From Thalassospira sp. UBA1131 (GTDB lineage Bacteria > Pseudomonadota > Alphaproteobacteria > Rhodospirillales > Thalassospiraceae): a stretch of 64,000 nucleotides of DNA. Shown in pieces: positions 56,844 to 64,000 of the stretch; position 1 is the stretch's first letter; every line of letters starts with the position of its first letter. The notes under the pieces are model-generated. The model ran no database searches and was not told where the DNA came from. It saw only the letters and a list, made by a program, of their open reading frames with translations. The DNA lies in the NCBI RefSeq assembly GCF_002311515.1, contig NZ_DCAO01000132.1, forward strand, positions 21,032 through 85,031, given 5' to 3'. A program made the position numbers and the translations under genes.

Positions 56844-57896
56844 CTATTGCGGCAATTCGATCTGCAGCTTGACGTCCGCCGGAGGTGCGGAGGCCGCGAT
56901 ATCGAATGCGCGCACGCTGTCTTCGAATGCGAATGTTCTGGTGATAAGCGGTTTGACGTCGATCGCGCCGGAGCTCAGCATGGCAACGCAGCGCGGAAAC
57001 ACATGGGCATAGCGGAAAATGTTTTCGACCCGGGCTTCGCGGATCATGGCAGCACCCGCGTCATAACTGATCGGGTCGGGTTGACCGCCAATCATGACAA
57101 CACATCCCCCCGGACAGAGCGGCTCAAACACGCCTGCGGCGGCCTTTGGCGAGCCAGTGGCTTCAAACACGACATCCGCGCCCCAGCCATCGGTATCGCG
57201 TTTGACGATGTCGGTGATGTCTTGCGATTTGACATCAATCGGGGTGATTGCCGGGCTTAGCGATGCGGCGATTTCAAGTTTCTTTTCCGCAAGATCGGCG
57301 ACGTAAACCCGTGCACATCCGCCCGCCAAGGCAGATAGTGCGGTGACAAGACCAATAGGGCCGGCACCAATCACAAGGGCGATGTCACCCGGTTTGATTT
57401 TTGCCTTGGTTGCGGCGTGCACGCCGACCGCCAATGGTTCAACCATCGCAGCCTCGGCAAAGGAGACATTGTCGGGCAGTTTGAAGGTAAAGGCTTCAGG
57501 ATGAACGCAGGTCGGACGCAATATGCCATGTACCGGCGGGGTGGCCCAGAACCGGACCGCAGGATCAACATTATACATGCCAAGACGGGTGGCCTTGCTG
57601 TTGGGGTCGGGCACGCCTGGCTCCATGCAGACGCGGTCCCCGACGGAAAGGGTTGTGACGTCGCTCCCCGTCTCAATAACGGTGCCCGATGCCTCGTGAC
57701 CGAGGATCATCGGTTCCTTGACGACAAATGGACCGATACGACCATGGGTGTAGTAATGCACGTCAGAGCCGCAAATGCCGACAGTATGCATTTTGATGCG
57801 GACATCACGCGGACCCAGGACCTCTTCCTCGCGATCAATGGCAGGAAAGTCACGCAGGGTGATGTCATCCTTTTTTTCAAGAACCAGCGATTTCAT
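56844..57896 (-). CDS. xylitol dehydrogenase / D-xylulose reductase (Zn-MDR)
   Basis: '[10 protein letters not shown]', 'FWATPPVHG', 'FRYA'; in operon with xylB. Confidence 0.85.
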   Translation of the reverse strand: MKSLVLEKKDDITLRDFPAIDREEEVLGPRDVRIKMHTVGICGSDVHYYTHGRIGPFVVKEPMILGHEASGTVIETGSDVTTLSVGDRVCMEPGVPDPNSKATRLGMYNVDPAVRFWATPPVHGILRPTCVHPEAFTFKLPDNVSFAEAAMVEPLAVGVHAATKAKIKPGDIALVIGAGPIGLVTALSALAGGCARVYVADLAEKKLEIAASLSPAITPIDVKSQDITDIVKRDTDGWGADVVFEATGSPKAAAGVFEPLCPGGCVVMIGGQPDPISYDAGAAMIREARVENIFRYAHVFPRCVAMLSSGAIDVKPLITRTFAFEDSVRAFDIAASAPPADVKLQIELPQ

Positions 57897-57899
57897 GAC

Positions 57900-58160
57900 T
57901 TATCCTTTCCTGACAATGTGGACGGCAATCGCAAGGGCAATGAAGTTCGAAATCCAGATCGATGCGCCCATCGGTTCGATAAAGCGGAACCAGAAGAGCG
58001 ACATCGCCACCCAGATCACGACCGAAATGAAACAACGGTCAAAGGCGTTGGTCTCAATCGGCAGAAAGCCCTGACGTTCTTGCGTCGTGGTCGGCTTCCT
58101 TTGGTTTTCTTCCTCGGTCAGAGGTGCTGTATCGAGCTGTGTCGCGTTTTGCTTTGTCAT
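57900..58160 (-). CDS. small membrane protein (DUF2160-like) of polyol ABC operons
   Basis: 'GFLPIETNAFDRCFIS' plus 2 TM. Confidence 0.75.
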   Translation of the reverse strand: MTKQNATQLDTAPLTEEENQRKPTTTQERQGFLPIETNAFDRCFISVVIWVAMSLFWFRFIEPMGASIWISNFIALAIAVHIVRKG

Positions 58161-58164
58161 GGTG

Positions 58165-59001
58165 TTATCCTTTCACCGCGCCAAAGGTTAGGCCTGCGAC
58201 AATGTGTTTTTGCACCAGACCAAACACGATCAGGGCCGGGATCAGGGTAAAGACCGAAATGGTCGCCATAATTCCCCACTCCGTCCCCGTGGTGGTGACA
58301 TATTCCGAAAGACCGGTGGTAAGGGTGCGGGCTTCGAAATTGGTCAGCGTTGCCGCCAAGAGATATTCGTTCCAGGCGAATACCCAGGTCAGAATAAGGG
58401 TTACAGCCAGTCCCGGGCGGCACAGCGGAAAGACGATTTCGGTGATTACCTTCCACGGGCTTGCGCCATCGACATAGGCTGCTTCATCCAGCTCGCGCGG
58501 GATGGCATCAATCGTCGGGCGCAAGGTCCAGATGGCAAAGGGCAGGTTAAAGGTGCAGTAAACCAAAATCATGCCAATGCGGGTATCAAGCAGGGTAAAA
58601 TCCCCGATGCGATAAACCTGCGTCATCAAAAGAAATAGCGGCAGCAGGAATACCGCCGGTGGTGCCATGCGATTGGTGATCGTCCAGAAGAAGATCGATT
58701 CCTTGCCTCGGATGGCAAATCGCGACAGGGCATAACAGGTAAAGAAACCAAGCACGGTGCAAAGCACGGCATTGCCGGTCGAAATCACCAGCGAATTGAC
58801 CATGTAGCTGCGCAGCAGGCGGTTGCCAAGCACCTCGGTATAGTTGCCCCAATAGGGGTTGTTAACGATCAGATCCGGAGTGCTGAAAAGCTGCACGGCC
58901 GGTTTGACCGATATGACAAACAGCCAATAGATCGGGAACAGCGTCAGCAGACTGATCATGATCCAGAAGAGGGTGGTGAGTAGCGGATTACGCTTTTTCA
59001 T
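58165..59001 (-). CDS. carbohydrate ABC permease
   Basis: EAA loop 'ELDEAAYVDGA'. Confidence 0.92.
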   Translation of the reverse strand: MKKRNPLLTTLFWIMISLLTLFPIYWLFVISVKPAVQLFSTPDLIVNNPYWGNYTEVLGNRLLRSYMVNSLVISTGNAVLCTVLGFFTCYALSRFAIRGKESIFFWTITNRMAPPAVFLLPLFLLMTQVYRIGDFTLLDTRIGMILVYCTFNLPFAIWTLRPTIDAIPRELDEAAYVDGASPWKVITEIVFPLCRPGLAVTLILTWVFAWNEYLLAATLTNFEARTLTTGLSEYVTTTGTEWGIMATISVFTLIPALIVFGLVQKHIVAGLTFGAVKG

Positions 59002-59005
59002 GGTC

Positions 59006-59884
59006 TTATCCCTTCCGGTTCTTGCGCGGGGCCAGCATGCTGACATAGAGCAGCCAGCAGGCCACGATAGTCAGGTAAAGCACGATCACGGAAATGGTTG
59101 ACCCGTACCCGTAATTGGTTTTGGGGAAGACTTCCTTGAAGATATGGACACCAAGGAAACGGGTCGATGACCCGGGCCCGCCGCCAGTCAGCATCCAGAC
59201 TTCATCCACGGTACGAAGGGCGTCCATCAGTCGGATAAAGACCGTTGCAACCAGGGCCGGTGTGATCATCGGCAGGGTAATGTGCCAGAAGGTCTGCGCT
59301 TTGTTCGCACCATCAATCTGGGCCTGCTCGAACGGATCGCGCGGCAGGGAAACAAGTGCCGCAATCAATGTCAGAGTGACAAGCGGCGTCCAGTGCCAGA
59401 TATCCATGATGACAATCGTCATAAAGGCCGCAGGGGCCGATGTGCCGATATTCATCGTGATGCCAAACCACTCATCCAGATAATGCGGAATGATACCGAT
59501 TGAGGGTGTTGTCATCAGTTTCCAGACGGACCCCACAATGATCGGCGCCATGATAAGGGGCAGGGTATGAATGGTGCGGAATATGGATTTTCCGGGGAAT
59601 TCCTTCATGAAGGCCTGTGCCAGCAGATATCCGATAATCAGTTCGGACAGCACGGCAAAAACCACAAACGCCACAGTCACGCTGAGCGAATTGAGGAAGG
59701 CTTCATCAAAGACAATGCGGCGAAAATTCTCCGCCCCGTTAAAGATCATTTCAGGTGATGCCGCAAACGGGTTCCATTGATGGAACGAGACAAAAACGAC
59801 ATAGAGAAACGGCAAAACACCGAAAAAAAACAGGATCACCAGCGTCGGGGCCAGGAGGATCCAACCGAGTTTGTTGGATTGCAT
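59006..59884 (-). CDS. carbohydrate ABC permease
   Basis: 'DIWHWTP', 'EQAQIDGA', 'TGGGPG'. Confidence 0.92.
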   Translation of the reverse strand: MQSNKLGWILLAPTLVILFFFGVLPFLYVVFVSFHQWNPFAASPEMIFNGAENFRRIVFDEAFLNSLSVTVAFVVFAVLSELIIGYLLAQAFMKEFPGKSIFRTIHTLPLIMAPIIVGSVWKLMTTPSIGIIPHYLDEWFGITMNIGTSAPAAFMTIVIMDIWHWTPLVTLTLIAALVSLPRDPFEQAQIDGANKAQTFWHITLPMITPALVATVFIRLMDALRTVDEVWMLTGGGPGSSTRFLGVHIFKEVFPKTNYGYGSTISVIVLYLTIVACWLLYVSMLAPRKNRKG

Positions 59885-60005
59885 CGTCTACTCCCTGGAA
59901 AAAGATGCAGTCAGGCTGTCATGGCCCCTCAAAGGACCAAGTCAGTTCGTGGCCGCTGCCCGATGAATGGACAACGACCACGAGGGATGTTCTCAGGAAA
60001 CAGAC

Positions 60006-61439
60006 CTATTTGCGATAGCCAAGGTCGGTCAGCTCGGCCTCGGCCTCGGCTGCCATCTGATCAAGTCCTTCTTCCGGGCCAAGATCGCCGGTCAGGATTT
60101 GATAAAGGATCGGGGCTGTGGCTTCGCGCACCTGAGCGTGGAACGGATATGCCGGGGCACCGGCAAACAGGTATCCCTTGTCACGTAGCAGGTCATAATA
60201 GCCGCCAAGTTCCTGGTTCATCGCCTGAACCTTGGGGTCATCATAGGTGGTCTTGTTGGTCACGCGCGGTGCGGCAACAGCCCAGTCCGGCTGAACTTCG
60301 TCCTGACCGATATATTGAAGGAATAGCATCGCGGCTTTCTGATTTTTTGAGGTTGAAGGAATGCCAAATGCACCGCCATCGTAATAGCCGATGTAGCCTT
60401 CGCCACCTTCGACTTCTTCAAGAATGCCGTCTTCCATCGGCGGAAGGGCAACGCCAACATTGCCAACAACGAGTGACTTGGTCTCATCGGCAGCAATCCA
60501 GCCGGCATTTTCGCCGTAAACCAGCCCCTGAGCCACGCGGCCCGCACCAAAGGTGGTGCCGACTTCGGTCCATGTGGATGCGTTACTTTCAGGCGGCGCG
60601 ATATCGCGCATGCTCAGCCACCATTTCATGGCTTCCTTGGCTTCATCGCTGTTCATTTCGCCGCCATTGGCGACCGATGCCGCGTAATTGTTATCAGCAT
60701 CGATGCCCCAGTTATAGACACCATAGGTCGGTGCGATGGTTTCAAAGAACTCGTACCATGATGCAGGATGGCCGGTATGGGCCTGTGCGGTCGTGCCCCA
60801 CAAATCCATGTCGTGATCTTCACCCCATTTGGTGAAGAACTGTGCGATTTCGGCATATTCTTCATGGGTCTTAGCCGGGACAAGATCGCGACCTGTCTGC
60901 TCTTTAAAGGCCGCCTTGATCTCCGGATCATTGAACAGATCGGTGCGATAGAGATAGATCTTGATAAACGCTTCCATCGGAACGCCGTACAGATCACCGT
61001 TCTTACCGCGGAAATAATCAGCAAAGGTGGTGAAGTTGTCTTCGCTATAAGTCGGTGCCTTCAGGTCTGGGTTGTCGGCCAGAAGTTTTGTCGTGTCGGT
61101 CAGGAAGTCGCGTGCCAGATAGGAGTAGACGATGTCCTGTTCGATGAAGACCATGTCATAGATGCCCGTACCGGCTTCCATGTCCTTGATGGCCTTGTCA
61201 TACATTTGATCCCAGGACGTGGTTTCGATATCGACCCGGATGCCGGTCAGCTCTTCGAATTCCGGTGCAAGAACTTCACGGATATAGTTCGAGGGCGGTG
61301 TAGACTCTGTCACACCGCGCAGGGTGACATCCTGATAGGACTTGGCGGCTTCTTTCCAGAATGCGTCATCGGCATATGCCGCGCTTGAGGCAACAGCCAT
61401 CGCCAAAGCGGACGCGCCCACTTTAAGTGCATAATTCAT
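60006..61439 (-). CDS. carbohydrate/polyol ABC substrate-binding protein
   Basis: Signal peptide; first gene of the operon; GGAGG RBS. Confidence 0.9.
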   Translation of the reverse strand: MNYALKVGASALAMAVASSAAYADDAFWKEAAKSYQDVTLRGVTESTPPSNYIREVLAPEFEELTGIRVDIETTSWDQMYDKAIKDMEAGTGIYDMVFIEQDIVYSYLARDFLTDTTKLLADNPDLKAPTYSEDNFTTFADYFRGKNGDLYGVPMEAFIKIYLYRTDLFNDPEIKAAFKEQTGRDLVPAKTHEEYAEIAQFFTKWGEDHDMDLWGTTAQAHTGHPASWYEFFETIAPTYGVYNWGIDADNNYAASVANGGEMNSDEAKEAMKWWLSMRDIAPPESNASTWTEVGTTFGAGRVAQGLVYGENAGWIAADETKSLVVGNVGVALPPMEDGILEEVEGGEGYIGYYDGGAFGIPSTSKNQKAAMLFLQYIGQDEVQPDWAVAAPRVTNKTTYDDPKVQAMNQELGGYYDLLRDKGYLFAGAPAYPFHAQVREATAPILYQILTGDLGPEEGLDQMAAEAEAELTDLGYRK

Positions 61440-61650
61440 TGGTTTTCCTCCCGTTGGAATGATGGGATATCGCCATCAGCAGTCTTGCGCTGCTTTGGAA
61501 TCGCGATTCCAGTCGCCGGAAGAATGCATATGTATTAAACTGCATGCAAGTGAAAATTTTCATTTGTAATTTTTTAAATACATTTGTTAGTTTGCTACCT
61601 ATAACAAAACATACTGCCGCAATGCGCAGGGTCATGAGAGGAAATAAAGC

Positions 61651-62607
61651 ATGCCAAGAGAGCCGCTTGAGGACGGGGAAGGGTTCGTAACCGAGGTCTG
61701 TTGGCGTTACTATGTGAACGGCCAGACGCAGGCCGAAGTCGCACGCGATATGGGAGTTACGCGTCTTCGTGTTAATCAGGCGATCCAAAAGGCGAAATCG
61801 CTTGGAATTGTGAAAATCCAGATCGAGTCACCATTTGTGACCCGCCTTGAGGCACAAAAACGACTTGAGCTTGCCGGTGTCGGCAAGGCACTGGTGGTAC
61901 CGGTTGATCACGCCAATTATGACTATCACGCCCCTGTCGGGGCGGCGTTGGCCCACTATCTTTCAACAACACTCAAGAACGAGCAGTGGAAAAGAATTGG
62001 CGTTTCATGGGGTGTAACATTGCAGCGCGCCATGGAGCGTTTGCCGCTTCAGTCTCTTCCAGATCTTGAGATCCTTGCCCTGATGGGGGGGACGTCGGCC
62101 GGATCGTCGTTCAATGCCTTTAGCATTGCATCGGGCTTTGCCGAACGGTTTGATGCCAATTATTCCCATCTGGTGGCGCCGATTTATCTGCCCGATGATG
62201 TCGATAAGGATGTGTTCCTTAGCCAGGAAATCTATGCATCGCATATCGAGCGATGCATGTCGGCAGATGCGGCCTTGCTGGTGGTTGGTGACGTTTCCGA
62301 CCTGTCATTCATGGTCAAGTACGGTTTGCCGCGTGATGTGACCATGCAGGAATTGCGTGATGCGGGTGCGGTCGGTGATGTGCTTGGTCGTTTCCTCGAT
62401 GCCGAGGGTAACGAGATTGATCATCCGCTCAACGCGCGCACTGTCGGGGTGAACCTGAATGCGCTGGCAGATATTCCCAACAAGATCCTGACCGCCGCAG
62501 GCAAGCATAAGGTCCCGATCATCAGGGCCGCGATCAAGCGGGGGCTTGTCGACACACTTGTGACCGATGACCTGACGGCGGAGCTTTTACTCGAAACCAT
62601 GAGATAA
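61651..62607 (+). CDS. SorC/DeoR-type sugar-binding regulator
   Basis: 'YYVNGQTQAEVA', 'GVSWG', 'GAVGDVLG', 'LVTD'. Confidence 0.92.
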   Translation: MPREPLEDGEGFVTEVCWRYYVNGQTQAEVARDMGVTRLRVNQAIQKAKSLGIVKIQIESPFVTRLEAQKRLELAGVGKALVVPVDHANYDYHAPVGAALAHYLSTTLKNEQWKRIGVSWGVTLQRAMERLPLQSLPDLEILALMGGTSAGSSFNAFSIASGFAERFDANYSHLVAPIYLPDDVDKDVFLSQEIYASHIERCMSADAALLVVGDVSDLSFMVKYGLPRDVTMQELRDAGAVGDVLGRFLDAEGNEIDHPLNARTVGVNLNALADIPNKILTAAGKHKVPIIRAAIKRGLVDTLVTDDLTAELLLETMR

Positions 62608-62693
62608 CCAATCCTGCGCACGCCAATAAGACAGGGTATATGTCAATAAAAACAAGGCATTGCGCGATCTGACATCAGGGAAAACGTCGAGAT

Positions 62694-63425
62694 ATGACAG
62701 ATATATTTTCAAGGAAGAAAGTCATCATCACCGGTGCCGGTAAGGGGATCGGGCGTGCCTGTGCCGAAAACATGGCCAAACGCGGCGCGTCGGTCGTTGC
62801 CATGGCGCGCACGCAATCCGATCTGGATGCACTCTCGCGTGAAATCGGGGCAGAGGGCATTTGCGTCGATCTGGCCGATAGCGATGCGGCTCGCAAGGCA
62901 ATGAAATCAGCCGGTACGGTGGATTACCTGATCAATTGCGCGGGGACCAACGTTCTTGAAAGCGTGCTTGGGATGACCGATGAGGGCTATGAAACCGTCA
63001 TGGGGATCAATCTGCGTGCTGCCCTGATATGCGCTCAGGAGTTCGCCCGTGCGCGCGTTGCGGCGGGCGGGGGCGGGGCGATTGTCAATGTCACGTCCAT
63101 TGCTGGGCACCGCGGCTTTGTCGACCATATGTGCTATGCCGCGTCCAAGGCCGGACTCGAAGGTGCGACGCGTGTGATGGCCAGGGAACTTGGCCCGCAT
63201 GGCATCCGCGTTAATGCGGTGGCTCCGACGATCACCATGACTGAACTGGCGGTGAACTCTTGGTCTGACCCGGCTAAAAGTGAACCGATGATGGTGCGCC
63301 ATCCCCATGGCCGCTTTGCCGAGGTCGAAGATGTCGCAAGCGCCATCGTCATGCTGCTTGATGATGCTGCGTGCTTTGTCAGTGGCGCCGTTCTTCCTGT
63401 CGATGGCGGCTTTCTCGCTGTCTGA
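62694..63425 (+). CDS. SDR, L-xylulose reductase (DCXR)-like
   Basis: TGAGKGIG, 'HMCYAASK', 'VAPTITMT', 'LPVDGG'. Confidence 0.75.
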   Translation: MTDIFSRKKVIITGAGKGIGRACAENMAKRGASVVAMARTQSDLDALSREIGAEGICVDLADSDAARKAMKSAGTVDYLINCAGTNVLESVLGMTDEGYETVMGINLRAALICAQEFARARVAAGGGGAIVNVTSIAGHRGFVDHMCYAASKAGLEGATRVMARELGPHGIRVNAVAPTITMTELAVNSWSDPAKSEPMMVRHPHGRFAEVEDVASAIVMLLDDAACFVSGAVLPVDGGFLAV

Positions 63426-63455
63426 TCCCAAACCTAATTCTTTCGGAGATATATT

Positions 63456-64000
63456 ATGGTTCAATCACTTAAGGGCAAGATTGCCGTTGTCACTGGTGCC
63501 GCATCGGGCATTGGTCTGTCGACTACACGTGCGTTACTTGACGCGAGTGCAAAGGTTGTAATGGTGGATTACAACAAGGATGCGCTTACCGAGTTGGCAG
63601 GCGATCTTGGAGAAAATGCGATTGCCCAGCACACTAACCTTCTTGATGTCGACAGCTGTGCGGCCATGGTTCCCGAAATCCTGGAAAAGGTCGATCACAT
63701 CGATATTCTGCATTGTAATGCCGGGTCTTATATCGGCGGTGATCTGGTTGAAACCGATACGGCAACCATCGACAGGATGCTGAATTTGAACGTCAATGCA
63801 GTGATGAAAAACGTCCGTGATGTGATCCCGCACATGCAGGAACGCGGGACTGGCGATATTATTGTTACTGCCTCCGTTGCCGGGCATATGCCCATCCAGT
63901 GGGAACCGGTTTATTCCGGATCAAAATGGGCGATGACCTGCTTTGTCCAGACCATGCGCCGTCAGCTTAATAAACACGGCATTCGTGTCGCCCAGGTGTC
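63456..64000 (+). CDS. SDR, ribitol 2-dehydrogenase-like (runs off window; absent from ORF track)
   Basis: Manual translation MVQSLKGKIAVVTGAASGIG...NAGSYIGG...WEPVYSGSKWA; GGAG RBS. Confidence 0.8.
   Translation, partial: MVQSLKGKIAVVTGAASGIGLSTTRALLDASAKVVMVDYNKDALTELAGDLGENAIAQHTNLLDVDSCAAMVPEILEKVDHIDILHCNAGSYIGGDLVETDTATIDRMLNLNVNAVMKNVRDVIPHMQERGTGDIIVTASVAGHMPIQWEPVYSGSKWAMTCFVQTMRRQLNKHGIRVAQV

Noticed and set aside
59777-60835. 352-aa plus-strand ORF
   Set aside because: Arg-rich antisense shadow of the ABC binding-protein gene

Overview
Accessory-type bacterial region whose genes look alphaproteobacterial (inferred, not determined). It has no rRNA, tRNA, CRISPR, transposase or integrase genes that I can recognise. 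It is a mosaic of modules: (1) LysR/ALDH plus a YcaC-amidohydrolase-XapX-DoxX-MFS operon, pirin and two near-duplicate LysRs (0.3-14.3 kb); (2) gntR and hlyD gene remnants plus an orphan T1SS-type VCBS/Ig-repeat protein (14.7-20.5 kb); (3) a ThDP enzyme, D-amino-acid dehydrogenase, TRAP and racemase module (21-29.5 kb); (4) a transglutaminase-pair, Crp and CsbD-like module (29.7-34.6 kb); (5) three FAD oxidoreductases with an ABC transporter, IclR and SDR (34.8-43.8 kb); (6) an idonate/gluconate-type sugar-acid pathway (44.4-53.3 kb); (7) a xylitol/pentitol locus (53.5-64 kb). The most notable signal is non-coding. Four same-orientation copies of a Tn7-like transposon end (TGT terminus, repeated 18-bp sites, and an IHF consensus in the two full copies) end at 14603, 20759, 29559 and 34794, in the gaps between modules 1|2, 2|3, 3|4 and 4|5. 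The first two copies are intact and the last two progressively more degraded, which suggests serial cargo accretion by a Tn7-like element whose machinery is outside the window or lost.
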